Origin: an uncultured delta proteobacterium
GTDB taxonomy: Bacteria > Myxococcota_A > UBA9160 > SMWR01
DNA: 64,000 bases
Reading direction: 5' to 3'
Assembly (NCBI GenBank): GCA_963832165.1
Contig: CAWHTE010000004.1
Coordinates: forward strand, 384,001-448,000
The notes below the pieces were generated by a model. That model saw nothing but the letters and a program-made list of their open reading frames with translations, had not been told where the DNA came from and did no database searches. The translations under genes were made by a program, and so were the position numbers. This document shows, in pieces, positions 1-10,672 of the stretch. How positions within the stretch are numbered: the stretch's first letter is position 1; the number at the start of each line of letters is the position of its first letter.

Positions 1-1
1 G

Positions 2-283
2 ATGCTTGCGAAGGGCAACCGCAGCATGCAGGTGCGCGACGCGTGCGCACGGCACGGCGGCTTCTACCTCGGGTCGATCGGCGGGCCCGCGGCGCGCCTC
101 GCGGATCACAGCATCAAGAAGGTCGAGGTGCAGGAGTATGAGGAGCTCGGCATGGAGGCGATCTGGCGCATCGAAGTGCAGGACTTCCCCGCCTTCATCG
201 TGACCGACGACAAGGGCAACGATTTCTACGCGGGGCTCATGCAGAAGCGGCCGACGCCGACGCTGCAGATCGAGAGCGAGTAG
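2..283 (+). CDS. fumA: Class I (Fe-S) fumarate hydratase, C-terminal part (truncated by window edge)
   Basis: [24 protein letters not shown] and [25 protein letters not shown] are typical of the class I fumarase beta domain. Confidence 0.92.
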   Translation: MLAKGNRSMQVRDACARHGGFYLGSIGGPAARLADHSIKKVEVQEYEELGMEAIWRIEVQDFPAFIVTDDKGNDFYAGLMQKRPTPTLQIESE

Positions 284-299
284 GCCGCGACGGCGGCCA

Positions 300-1274
300 T
301 CACTCCTCGGGGGCCCAGCGGAAGCGCACGCCGACACCCGCGCGCCAGGCCACCGGGTTGAGCTCGTAGCGCCACGTCGCCGACTCGCCGAACTCGTTGG
401 TGTCGGTCAACGTGTGGCGCAGGTTCCCAGTGAAGCGGTAGACGCGGGCGTTGATGAAGACCGCCACGATGAACGGACCGAGCTGCGACGTATCGCCCTC
501 GAGCTCGAGCCCGCCGCCGAAGCCGTGCAGGGTCTCCACGCTCGAATCCGTGAGCTCGATCAGCCGGAAGGCGGACAGGTCGAGCGCGGGATCAATTTGC
601 TTGACGGCGCGGCGCACCGACGCGATCAGATCGATCTCCTGGCGCAGGTACTCGAGCGATGGTTTCACGCGCACGGTGCGCTCGAACAGCTTCGCCGTGA
701 AGGCGACGCCCGCGCCTCCGCCCGCGACCCAGCGACGGAGCTGGCTCTTGGCGCGGCTTCCCTGACCGTTGACCGATTGCTCGAAGACGTCGAACTCGAT
801 CGGTCGGAGCGGGTTGGTGAAGAACACGCCGGGCTTGCGCTCGCCGGCGAGGTTGCGCTCGAACGCGAACGCGGCGGCTATGTCGACATGTGCGAACAGG
901 CGCGGGGAGAAGAATGTGTCGAGCAGCCGCGGCGTCGCGAGCTCGAGCGATGCGCTCACGAGCGGCGCGATCCCCGTGTCACTGGACGCCGTCGCAGGAG
1001 TGACCGGGAAGGCAGACTCCGGACACAGCGTGCCGTTCTGGTGCGTGCCGGCGAGATCCGTGATCGTACAGCCTCCCTGCCCGAGCGGCGGACCCTGCAC
1101 GTCGTTGGTCGTGATCGCGGCCTCGCCCTTCTGTCCGTGCATGTCGAAGGACAGCGCGAACGAGGGCACCCAGCGGTGCAGATCGGTCTCGGTCTCGGCC
1201 GTCGCGTTGGACGAGACGAGCGCGAGCGACAGCAGGGAAAGGACCAGCCGCGCAGTGCGCTTAACACCGGGCAT
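300..1274 (-). CDS. Putative outer-membrane beta-barrel protein with signal peptide
   Basis: Signal peptide KRTARLVLSLLSLALVSSNATA; alternating amphipathic strands (VSASLELATP, GAGVAFT, GGGLELE, WRAGVGVRFRW at the C-terminus); one Cys pair; start taken at ATG 1274. Confidence 0.6.
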   Translation of the reverse strand: MPGVKRTARLVLSLLSLALVSSNATAETETDLHRWVPSFALSFDMHGQKGEAAITTNDVQGPPLGQGGCTITDLAGTHQNGTLCPESAFPVTPATASSDTGIAPLVSASLELATPRLLDTFFSPRLFAHVDIAAAFAFERNLAGERKPGVFFTNPLRPIEFDVFEQSVNGQGSRAKSQLRRWVAGGGAGVAFTAKLFERTVRVKPSLEYLRQEIDLIASVRRAVKQIDPALDLSAFRLIELTDSSVETLHGFGGGLELEGDTSQLGPFIVAVFINARVYRFTGNLRHTLTDTNEFGESATWRYELNPVAWRAGVGVRFRWAPEE

Positions 1275-1415
1275 GGGTAAGCGCGGCGGCGGACGAAGCA
1301 TCGGCAGAGAGTGGACCAACGGCTGGTCAGGAATCAACCGTTCGATCCCGCGACCGGCTCCGGAACGAGTTGTCCAGTGGCCCGGCGTTTGACGGGCTGT
1401 GTGGTATCGGAGAAG

Positions 1416-4139
1416 ATGCGCGCTTCGATGCAGGAAGACGCGCGGCGCACCGCGTTGCGAGGGCTTCGATCCCTTCGATCGTGCTTATGCGCGGTCGCGG
1501 CGCTCTTCTTCGCCTTCGTTGCGGGGCCGGCAGGTGCGGAAGACGAGCCTGCGATGCGCCTGGCGCAGGTGGCCGCCGACGGAGAGCAGGCCGATCCGGC
1601 GCCCGATGCGGCGGCTCCCGACTCCGCCGAGGGCCCGGAGGGCGCTGCCGAGAGCGCGGACATCCCCGGCGTCGAGGTGCTTCAGGTGCGCGGTCGCTCT
1701 GCCGGCGCGCTCGAGACCGAGGTTCCCGCATCGGTCACGCAGTTCGACGCCTCGATGGTCCAGGCGCTCGGCGCGCAGGACATCTCCGACCTCGCGCGCG
1801 TGACGCCGAACGTGAACATCGTCCAGCCCGGCTCGACGCAGGCGACGTTCTTCGTGCGCGGCATCGGCTTGTCCGACTTCAGCGCCAACTCCGCAGGCGC
1901 GGTCACGATCTTCCAGGACGACGTCGCGCTCAATGCGCCCGCGATCCAGACCGGACAGCTGTTCGACATCAGCAATGTCGAGATCATGCGTGGACCGCAG
2001 GGAACCGGGGCCTACCGCAACGCGTCGGGTGGCGCGATCAGCGTCGCATCGAACCTCCCCACCGGCAACTACGGCGCGCAGCTGCGCTCGAGCATCGGTC
2101 GCTACGCGGCGGAGGGTGGCAAGGGCGCCGTGCACGGCCGGATCCGCGATTTCGAGGGCTATCTCGAGGCTCCGATCGTGGCCGATTTGCTCTCGACTCG
2201 GCTCGCATTCCGGCTGCGCAATTCGGATCCCTATCAGCGGAACGGCTGCGGCAACGCGATTCCATTCGAGGCTCGCCAGCCGAAGCCGACGGGGGGCCAG
2301 GCGGCGCTGCTCGACGAGCGCGACATCTGCGGCGAACGCGAGACAGCGATTTGGCCGAACACGCCACCCAGACTCTCGCTGATTCCGGTTGGCCTCGACG
2401 ACGAGGTCGACGTCGAGGACAACTGGGCCGCGCGCGGGTTCTTCCGCATCCAGCCGCCGAACACCGACCTCGACATCGTGCTCAACGCGCACGGCAGCCG
2501 GCTCGACGAGGACCAGACCTTCGGTCAGGTGATCGGGACCGGGCGGGTCATCGGTCGAGGATCATTCTTTGGCGGCGGTGCGGGCCAGACATCGAACGGT
2601 TATCACGAGCCGGACCAGCGCCAGGAGTTTCTCGAGCTGTGCGGGCCGAGCGGTGCCGCCTGTCCAGCCCTTCCGTTGCTCGCGGAAAAGCTCGCCGAGG
2701 TGCGGCCGCTCGATCGCAAGCCGTACCGGGGCGACTACGACCGCGCCGGTGAAACCACGCGCGACACCTGGGGCGGTTACGTGAGCACCAAGGCCCAGCT
2801 CGGCGACCTCGAGGTCTTCGCGCTCGGCTCGCTCGACAGTTACGAGCGCTTTCGCGATCAGGATACGGACTTCACGCCCGACATCCTGTTCGAGGTCCGG
2901 GAGTTCGACGAGGCCTGGCAGACCTACGAGCACTTCCACGTGGCAGGAGAGCTCGAGGCGACGCTCCTGGAGTGGAAGCTCGGCGGTTATGCGCTGTGGG
3001 AGGAGCTCGACGACAGCTCCGTGACCGAGCTCGCGAGCTCCAACCGGATCGAGCGCAGCTACTCGCAGAACACGCTCAGCCTGGGCCCCTGGGCGGAGTT
3101 CACGTGGGACATCCTCGACGACGTCACGCTGTCCGGGGGCGCGCGCTGGAACTGGGAGCACAAGGATTTCGAAATTTCCCGGCGGCTGCTGCTCGGCCCG
3201 AGCAGCAATGCTCCGGCGTCCCGAGCCGACCTCGACGAGACCTGGCAGACGCCGACGGGGAATCTGGTCCTGACCTACCACTTCAACCGCGAGGCTTCCG
3301 CGTTCGCGAAGTACACGCGGGGCTTCAAGGCCGGCCACTTCAATGCAGTGGCCTCGGAAGAGGTCTCGCGGCCTCCCGCGGATCCGGAATACAACGACGC
3401 GTGGGAGGCCGGCTTTGCGGGGGCGTTCTTCGATCGCCGGCTGTCGGGAACGATCTCCTACTTCTACTACCGGTACGAGGACTACCAGATCTTCCTGTTC
3501 CGCGACGTCGCGCTCGAGCCGCCCGTGCTCGAGATCATCAACGCCGCCGAGGCCGAGAACTACGGCGTCGAGGTCGAGGGGCGCGTGGCGCCGTTGCGCG
3601 GCTGGGTGCCGCGTTTCTTCGAGGATCTCGAGCTCAGCGGGAACTTCGGCTGGCTGCACGGCGAGTTCATCGACTTCCAGCTGCGCAACACGCTGTCGAT
3701 CGCCGGGGACACGATCCCGATCACGATCGATTTCTCGGGCGACCAGCTGCTGAACTCACCCGAGTTCAAGGTGGCGGGCTCCGCCATCTGGACGTTCGAT
3801 CTGGGGCGCTGGGGTTTCCTGATTCCCCGTTACGACTTCAACTGGACCGACGACGTCTTCTTCGGCCTGAACGAGGGCCGCGGAACCGCGCCAGCCGACC
3901 TGCAGGGAAGCCCGAAGCTGCCCGAGTACGCGGTCAGCCAGAAGGCCTACTGGCTGCACAACGTGCGGCTCGCGTATCGCACGCCGACGGGCAACGTCGA
4001 GGTTGCGGTGTTCGTGCGCAACCTCGAGGACGAGGTCTACAAGAACTACGCGTTCGATGCGAGCAACTTCTCGAACGTGGTGCTGAACTTCGTCGGTACG
4101 CCGCGCACGATCGGCGTCGACCTGATCGTCACGTTCTAG
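1416..4139 (+). CDS. TonB-dependent receptor
   Basis: Signal peptide; TonB-box-like VEVLQVRG; plug motifs FFVRGIG and EIMRGPQGT..NASGGAI; TRGFKAGHFN; C-terminal GTPRTIGVDLIVTF ending in Phe; GGAG upstream of ATG 1416. Confidence 0.93.
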   Translation: MRASMQEDARRTALRGLRSLRSCLCAVAALFFAFVAGPAGAEDEPAMRLAQVAADGEQADPAPDAAAPDSAEGPEGAAESADIPGVEVLQVRGRSAGALETEVPASVTQFDASMVQALGAQDISDLARVTPNVNIVQPGSTQATFFVRGIGLSDFSANSAGAVTIFQDDVALNAPAIQTGQLFDISNVEIMRGPQGTGAYRNASGGAISVASNLPTGNYGAQLRSSIGRYAAEGGKGAVHGRIRDFEGYLEAPIVADLLSTRLAFRLRNSDPYQRNGCGNAIPFEARQPKPTGGQAALLDERDICGERETAIWPNTPPRLSLIPVGLDDEVDVEDNWAARGFFRIQPPNTDLDIVLNAHGSRLDEDQTFGQVIGTGRVIGRGSFFGGGAGQTSNGYHEPDQRQEFLELCGPSGAACPALPLLAEKLAEVRPLDRKPYRGDYDRAGETTRDTWGGYVSTKAQLGDLEVFALGSLDSYERFRDQDTDFTPDILFEVREFDEAWQTYEHFHVAGELEATLLEWKLGGYALWEELDDSSVTELASSNRIERSYSQNTLSLGPWAEFTWDILDDVTLSGGARWNWEHKDFEISRRLLLGPSSNAPASRADLDETWQTPTGNLVLTYHFNREASAFAKYTRGFKAGHFNAVASEEVSRPPADPEYNDAWEAGFAGAFFDRRLSGTISYFYYRYEDYQIFLFRDVALEPPVLEIINAAEAENYGVEVEGRVAPLRGWVPRFFEDLELSGNFGWLHGEFIDFQLRNTLSIAGDTIPITIDFSGDQLLNSPEFKVAGSAIWTFDLGRWGFLIPRYDFNWTDDVFFGLNEGRGTAPADLQGSPKLPEYAVSQKAYWLHNVRLAYRTPTGNVEVAVFVRNLEDEVYKNYAFDASNFSNVVLNFVGTPRTIGVDLIVTF

Positions 4140-4146
4140 AGTCGGT

Positions 4147-5569
4147 TCAGGGCACCGCGTAGCCGAGCGCGCGCAGCTGATTGAGCTGCAACTCGTCGAG
4201 CTCGAGCGGCTTGGTCTCGCCTTTCCAGGTCGGGTGGCTCGCTAGGTAGCGGTCGGCGTCCGCGCGCAGCCGCGCAGCGACCTCGGGCTGCTCGGCGAGC
4301 TGATCGGCGCGCTCGCGCGGATCCCTCGTCGCGTCGAAGAGCTGCTCGCGAAGCTTCCCGGTCGCGTTGCGGAACTGGACGTAACGGAACCGACCGTCGC
4401 GGATCGCGACCGTCGGTGAGGACGTTTCGACGCGCTGACCCCAGGTTTGATCGAGATGAGCAATCGCGCGCGCGCCGTCGTCGGGGACCGACTCGCCGCG
4501 CACCGCAGCGAGAATCTCCGGCATGCGCGAGCGACCGTCGATGTCCTTCATCGCGGGAAGGCCCAGCAGCTCGAGCACGGTCGGCCACACGTCGACGTTC
4601 GCGGTGGACTGCGAGACCACCACGCCGGGTTGCAGGCGGAACGGGAACGACAGGATCCACGGCACAGTCGTGGTCTCGGGATAGACGTTGCGCGCGTGCC
4701 CTTCGAAGCCGCGCTCTCCGTGAGCCTCTCCGTGGTCGGCGGTGATCACCACGAGCGTGCTCTTCAGGCGATCCGCCGCGAGCAGTCGGCCGAACAGCTG
4801 GTCGAGGGTGCGATCCGCGTGCAGGATCGCGTTGTCGTAGATGTCCGAGTTGCCCGTGCCGAAGCGCGCGGTGTCGGCATCGTAGGTGTACTCGTGCACG
4901 TCCATCATGTGCAGGTAGAGAAACCAGCGCCGATCCCCCGCGACGCGCAGGAACTCCATGGCCTCCTCGACGAGGTCGAAGTCGCTGCCGCCGTAGGTAA
5001 CCGTCGGGTTCTGCCGGCGGACGCGGTCCGGGATGGGGCGCACGCCCGGGCGGGTGTAGACGTCGAAGCCCTGGGCGAAGCCGTGATAGCCGTCGACCCA
5101 TCCGTTGCGCCACAGACCGACCGTGTGGAAGCCCGCCTCGCGCAGGATCTCGGCGGGCAACTCGCGCGCTCGGCGCAAGCACGTCGTTGAACTTCGTGAC
5201 GCCGGACCGGGCCGGGTACAGACCGGTCCACAGCGAGGCCATCGAGCACTTGGTCCACGAGGATTGGGACATGTTGTGGGCGAAGCGCACGCCTTCGGCC
5301 GCGAGCAGATCGAGGAACGGACTCGTGGGGCGCTCGTAGCCGTAGCTGTGCAAGCGATCGGCGCGGAGCGTGTCGATCAAGATGAACAGCACGTTCACGT
5401 CGTTGCGTTGCGCGAGCGCCGCGATCTGCTCGGCACCGCCAATCGGGGGCACATTGGCGCCGCGATCGGGCGCCGGGCGCACTTGCGACAGGGCGTAGAC
5501 CGCGAGCAGGACCGCCGCAGCGATCCAGGGCCACGGTCCGCGCCAGAGGTTCCGCTTTGCGGCTGTCAC
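4147..5569 (-). CDS. Membrane-anchored sulfatase-like (alkaline phosphatase superfamily) hydrolase; one frameshift near 5165
   Basis: NVLFILIDTLRADRL, SSWTKCSMASLWTG, YLHMMDVH, ITADHGE..HA; N-terminal half lies in ORF 4136..5833 and C-terminal half in ORF 4147..5178; ends QLRALGY. Confidence 0.85.
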
Positions 5570-5576
5570 GCGCGCC

Positions 5577-5622
5577 ACTCTAGCGACCGTGCGATCCGCG
5601 TTCGAGACGGAGCGGATATACT
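5577..5622. promoter_or_regulatory. Divergent pair of -10 boxes (TAGAGT on minus at 5577-5582; TATACT on plus at 5617-5622)
   Basis: TANNNT hexamers 7 nt and 11 nt upstream of the two divergent start codons; no SD on either side. Confidence 0.55.
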
Positions 5623-5633
5623 GCGCGACCGTC

Positions 5634-7859
5634 ATGAAGCATTGTCTCCGGCGATCCGTGTGGCTCTCTGCGGCCGTTTGTCTCGTGCTCGCAGCCACGG
5701 CGACGACTGCGTGTGACTCGCGCGATCCGCTCGAGCGCGCGCGATCGCTCCAGGACGAGCAAGGTGATGTCGCGGGCGCGCTCGAGCCCCTGCGCGAGCT
5801 GGTCGAACAGCGCCCGCAGGATCCGGAGGTCAACTATCGCTACGGCCTCGCACTGATCGCCTCGGGACAGCACTCGCTCGCGCGGTGGGCGCTGCGCAAG
5901 GCGATGGAATCCCCCGAGTGGGTCGAGCGCGCCGGGATCCCGCTGGCGACCACGGCGATCCAGCTCGGCGGATTCGACGAGGCGGTCGAGGTCGCGACGA
6001 AGGTGCTCGAGCACCAGCCCGATAACGTGGAGGTGTTGATCCTGCGCGCCGATGCCCGCGTGCGAACCCGGCGCGAGTACGAGGGAGCGCTCGCCGATGC
6101 CGAACGCGCTCTGGCGCTCGACCCCGAGAACGCCGGCGCGCTGGTTCCGAAAGTGGTGGCACTGCTGGGGCTGCAGCGCGTGGACGAAGCCGCCGCGCAG
6201 CTCGATGCGCTCGAAGGCACGCACAGTGACGCAGCGCTCGGCCTCCGCGGCTCGCCCGCGCTCTGCGCGGCGCGCGCGTCGTTCGCGAAGGAGAAAGGCG
6301 AGGTCGAAGAGGCCGGGAAGCGCTTCGACGAATGCCTCGAAGCGTTTCCGAGCGAGGGGCTCGTGGTCGGCGAGGCGATCGGGTTCTTCGACGCGAACGG
6401 CCGTCAAGCGCGCTCGGAAGAGATCCTGCAGAAGGCGCTCACCGCGCAGCCCGAAGCGTTCAGCTATCGCGCAAACCTGGTCGAGCGGTTTCGCAAGACG
6501 GGACGGGAGGAGGATGCGGAGGCGCTGCTGCGCGCGGCCACCGAGCTCGCGTCGCCGGGGGCAGCGGCGGTCGGCTGGGCGGCGCTGGGGCTCTACTCGA
6601 TCGAGACCGGGAAATTCGCCGAGGCGGCGGATGCGTTCGAACGCGCGCACGAGCTCGATCCGAGCGGCAGCGCCGAGCTCCTGTTCGGCCATGCCGATGC
6701 GCAGGTCGTGGCCGGGCGCTACGACGAGGCGCTGAAGCTCGCCGAGCAGATGACGGTTCCCGCACACCGTTCGCTGATCCGCGGGCGCGTCGCGCTCGCG
6801 CGCGGCGAGCCCGGCCAGGCGCTGGCGCATTTCAGCGAAGGCAACCGCCTCTGGCCGAACAACGCCGTCTCGCGCTACTACGCCGCCGCGGCCGCCGAGC
6901 AGATCGGCGACTTCGAGCGCGCGATCGAAGACTACCGCTATTCGATGCGGATCGACGTCCGCGCGACGGATGCGTACCTGCGGCTCGCGCGCATGCAACT
7001 CGCCGCCGGGCGCGTGACCGATGCGATCGCATCGTTGGAGTTCCAGCCGGGCGAGCGCCCGGCCGAAGACGAGGCGTCGCTGCTCGAGATCGAGCTGCTC
7101 GCGCGCGCCAATCGCCCGCCGCCGCCGGCGGTGCTGCAGCGGCTGCAACGGCGCGACCGCGCCGCCGCGGCGGCAGCGCTCGCGCGCGGCCTGACGACAC
7201 GGGACGGTCCCGGCAAGGCAATCGAGTTCCTCCATGCGCAGCGGAAGGATCTCGATTTCACCGACCCACGCGACAGCGCGGCGCTCGCGGCGCTCGTCGA
7301 CGCGCTCGCTGCGAGCGGCAAGGCGAAGGAGGCGCTCGCGCGCGTCGACGCCGGGCTCGCCAAACATCCCGACGCGTCGGCCTTCCATGCGCTGCGCGGC
7401 GATGCGCTGGCGAGGAACGGAGCCGAGACCGCAGCCGTCCGCGCGGCCTATCAGCGCGCGCTGGAGCTGGATCCGCGAGAGCATCGCGCACTCGTGGGCC
7501 TCGCCGGTCTCGACGCGAGCGCCGGCACCGCTCTGTCCGCGCTCGCGCTCTACGAACGCGCGGCGCAAGCGGATCCTTCCGACCGGGCCTCGGTGCGCGC
7601 GGCGGCGAAGCTGCTCGAGGGGCTCGGCAGGGCCGACGAGGCCGAGGAGCGGCTGACGGCGCTGCTCCGCGATCATCCCTACGACGCGGAAGCCGCGCTC
7701 GCGCTGGCCGAGCTGCGCCGCACGCGCGGCGCCGACGCCCAGGCGACGCGCGAGCTCGCCCGCCGCGCGGTGATGTTCGGCGGTGGTTCGGCGGCGCAGG
7801 CGCTGCTCGACCGGATCGACGCCGAGCGCGACGCTGCGACCGGGGCGGAGCAGGGCTGA
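5634..7859 (+). CDS. Large TPR-repeat lipoprotein
   Basis: Lipobox-like LAATATTA-C; many TPR units (ALALDPENAGAL, AHELDPS, ALELDPREHRAL, LRDHPYDAEAALAL). Confidence 0.85.
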   Translation: MKHCLRRSVWLSAAVCLVLAATATTACDSRDPLERARSLQDEQGDVAGALEPLRELVEQRPQDPEVNYRYGLALIASGQHSLARWALRKAMESPEWVERAGIPLATTAIQLGGFDEAVEVATKVLEHQPDNVEVLILRADARVRTRREYEGALADAERALALDPENAGALVPKVVALLGLQRVDEAAAQLDALEGTHSDAALGLRGSPALCAARASFAKEKGEVEEAGKRFDECLEAFPSEGLVVGEAIGFFDANGRQARSEEILQKALTAQPEAFSYRANLVERFRKTGREEDAEALLRAATELASPGAAAVGWAALGLYSIETGKFAEAADAFERAHELDPSGSAELLFGHADAQVVAGRYDEALKLAEQMTVPAHRSLIRGRVALARGEPGQALAHFSEGNRLWPNNAVSRYYAAAAAEQIGDFERAIEDYRYSMRIDVRATDAYLRLARMQLAAGRVTDAIASLEFQPGERPAEDEASLLEIELLARANRPPPPAVLQRLQRRDRAAAAAALARGLTTRDGPGKAIEFLHAQRKDLDFTDPRDSAALAALVDALAASGKAKEALARVDAGLAKHPDASAFHALRGDALARNGAETAAVRAAYQRALELDPREHRALVGLAGLDASAGTALSALALYERAAQADPSDRASVRAAAKLLEGLGRADEAEERLTALLRDHPYDAEAALALAELRRTRGADAQATRELARRAVMFGGGSAAQALLDRIDAERDAATGAEQG

Positions 7860-7868
7860 GCGCGAGCT

Positions 7869-9039
7869 TCAGCGGGCGTTGCGCAGCCACACCGCCGCGC
7901 GCGCGCGCAGATCCTCGGACACGTCGGCCTTCGCGAGCCACGTCTCCGCAGCCCCCGGATCGCGCGCGCACCATTTGTGCACGATCACCGTCGTGATCCG
8001 CTTGCGCAGGTTCTCGTCACTGAAGCGGGCGACGAGGTCGAGCGCATCCGCCGGCCGTTTCTCATGGTTGGCCAGCCAACGCGCGTAGATTGCGAACGCC
8101 GGCTCGGACCAGCGCTCGAGCTTCGACTTCTCGATCCACTGGACGGCGTCCGGTCTGCGAATAGCGCATCCAGTCGCGGAAGCTCTCCGTCACGCCGTCG
8201 TCGCGATCGTGTCCGGGAGGCAGCGATTCGAGCCAGGCGAACGCCGCCTCCGGATCGCGCAGGATCCAGCGCGTCGCGATGCGGCGCGGCAAACCAGAAG
8301 CGCGCGCATCGCCCGTCGTCACCTGCGGCAGGGCCCAGGCGGCGATCACGGCCGGATCACCGCGCTCGGTGGACGCGCTTGCGATCCGCATCGTCATCTC
8401 CCCGCGGAACGCGGATTCTGGCAGCGACGAGACCCATTGCATCGCGCCTTCCGTGCCGCGCGCGAGAACGATGCGCCGCGCAAGGCTCTCTCCGACACGC
8501 TGTCGGAACGGTCCGTCCGGCAGGGACTGAACGTGCTCGATCAGTCCCGGCTTGCCGGACTCGTGCCAGCCGACGATCACCGCATCGACTGCGGCTTCGT
8601 GGTAGAACTGCGGGATCGTCGAGGCGCGCGTGAACGCGGCTTCGGGGGCGCGGTGACCCCAGACGCGAAACGCCGCGGAAACGACCTGACTCGACTGCGC
8701 GCGCCACTCGGCCTCGGTCCATTCGACCGCGGCCTGCGGATCGAACTCCGCCCACCAGACCGCGAACGCCACGATCTCCGGGCTGCCCCCCTCGATCGGA
8801 GCGGTGGCAACCGCCTCGCGGAGCTCGGAGAGGGAGTCGGCTTCGGACTGCGCGAGCAGCGCCGACCAGCGCAGCAAGCGTTCGAGCGGATCGACGATCG
8901 CCAGCGTCTCGCGCGCCTGCCCGGCGACCCGCTCCGACGCCAGCGTCCCGGATCGCAGCGGCGACGGCAGCCACGAGCCGATCGCGATCCCCGCGAGGAG
9001 ACATCCCGCCGCCACCAACCCGATCGTCAGCTGCTTCAT
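7869..9039 (-). CDS. Exported alpha-helical repeat protein (W...DP.AA..W repeats); frameshift near 8145
   Basis: N-terminal TM/signal; repeats WAEFDPQAAVEW, WGHRAPEAAF, WILRDPEAAFAW and, after the frameshift, WCARDPGAAETW ending VWLRNAR-TGA at 7869; TAGAAT 9 nt upstream of ATG. Confidence 0.65.
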
Positions 9040-9268
9040 CGGCGCCGGATTCTACGGAGGGCACGAGTGCAAGCAACCGCGCGGCCGTCGTCGCCTCCCG
9101 CAGCGTTCTCGGAAGATTGGCAGGTCCGCCTGACGAGCCGGGTCTCTTTCCCGCGGGTAATTAGATTAGATAGACAGTCGAAATAGTTTCCCTTCCGCGG
9201 ATCGGAAGCGTACGATGCAACGTGTTCTCTGTGTGCAAGTACACACCCGAGGAGAGGAGTTTCACGGC

Positions 9269-10592
9269 ATGAATCCGATTCGAACCTCGACTTCGATCGC
9301 GATCGGCACGTTGGCGTTGTTAGTCGCCGTCGCGGCGAACGCGCAAGGCACCTATTCGCTGACCGGCCGGGCCGCCACGGGCTCGGGCGCATTCGTCGAT
9401 CTGCCGGCGATCGGCAACGTGGTCTGTCCGTCGATCACGGGCATGATCGGTTTTCAGTCGAAGGCCGATGCGATGCTGACGTTCCCGCTGCTCCCCGCCA
9501 ACTTCACCGCGGGCGCCAGGCATAACCCGGGCGGATGCATTCCGGGCGGCCCGGTGGCCGTGGCGGTCAACGGCACCGGTGGATTCACCGTCCCGGTCGG
9601 GCTCTTCAACCAGCCTTATCCCGGGCGGCTCACCGGCGATGATCGCGACGAACGGGCCCGAGGATCTGCAGGTCTCTCCGGTTCCCAACATTCCGCAGCT
9701 CCTCCAGCTCGCGACGAGCTTCAAGTTCGAGGGCCCGTTCGCGGCACCCGTCACGCACGACCCCGTGCATCACGACCGCCGCGGACGCGGTGTTCCGTCG
9801 CTTGAAGCACGGTGCATGGGCGACGCAGACGGGCCGCCTGGCCAGCACCTTCACGGCGTGTGCACCGCCGCTCGACATGTTCGCGAGCGTCGACTGCACC
9901 TTCCCGAGCTCGGGGGCCGTCCCGGGCATCGTCAAGAACAAGGGCGGTGCCGCCGGTGCCGGCACCGGATTCGGCGGCACGATGGCGCTGGTGCTGACGA
10001 CCAGCCCGACCCAGGCATCGTCACTCGCAATCGCGATCGGCGGCGGCAAGGTGAGGTTCAACATCGTGGGCGGGATGGGCTCGCGCGCGGCCGGCCGCGG
10101 ATATGCGGACTACGACACCGACAAGCTCGTGGGTGGCGATGTATGGTCTGATGTACAAGCTGACGACGATGGTCCCGGCGCCCAACAACGTGATCGGAAT
10201 GGTCACGAGCAAGACCGGCATGAAGGGAGTCTCGGACACGAACATGAACTGGGGCTTCCCGTTCACGACCGGTGACATCATCGTGCGCGGCACCGGGACG
10301 GCCGGAGGCATGTTCGCGGGCCAGACGGTCACCGCGATGGGCTTCGACAAGGCCACGACGATGCTTCCCGACGTCAAGAGCGCGGGCGGCATGACGGTCA
10401 TGGTCCCGGGCGGCCGCCAGATCCAGCTCGTGGCGGGCGGCGTGGCACAGTCCCCGCTCTCCCAGGGCAACAACGGCACGCCGAACTACACGATCGTGCG
10501 GCTGCCCGAGCCGGCCCGGTCGATGCAGCTGCTCGCGGGCGCGGTCGGCTCTGTTCGCCATCGCAGTCTGGCGGGTGCGCAAGGCTCGTTAG
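9269..10592 (+). CDS. Gly/Thr-rich secreted PEP-CTERM protein; about 4 frameshifts (~9630, ~9770, ~10145, ~10548)
   Basis: SD GAGGAG; signal peptide; joined frames give ..WGFPFTTG..TVTAMG.D..IQLVAGG..LPEP + hydrophobic helix + WRVRKAR-TAG. Confidence 0.7.
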
Positions 10593-10614
10593 TCGAATCT
10601 CTGCTCTCTCGAAT

Positions 10615-10646
10615 GAACGGGGCGGCCCTTGCGGGCCGCCCCGTTC
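10615..10646. terminator. Intrinsic terminator-like hairpin between convergent genes
   Basis: Perfect 14-bp stem GAACGGGGCGGCCC / GGGCCGCCCCGTTC with a 4-nt loop, followed by CGTTTCC. Confidence 0.75.
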
Positions 10647-10672
10647 CGTTTCCAGCTTCGCAGCTTCGCGAA

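Noticed and set aside
1389..1410. TTGACG upstream of the TonB receptor as a sigma70 -35
   Set aside because: No convincing -10 at 16-18 bp spacing
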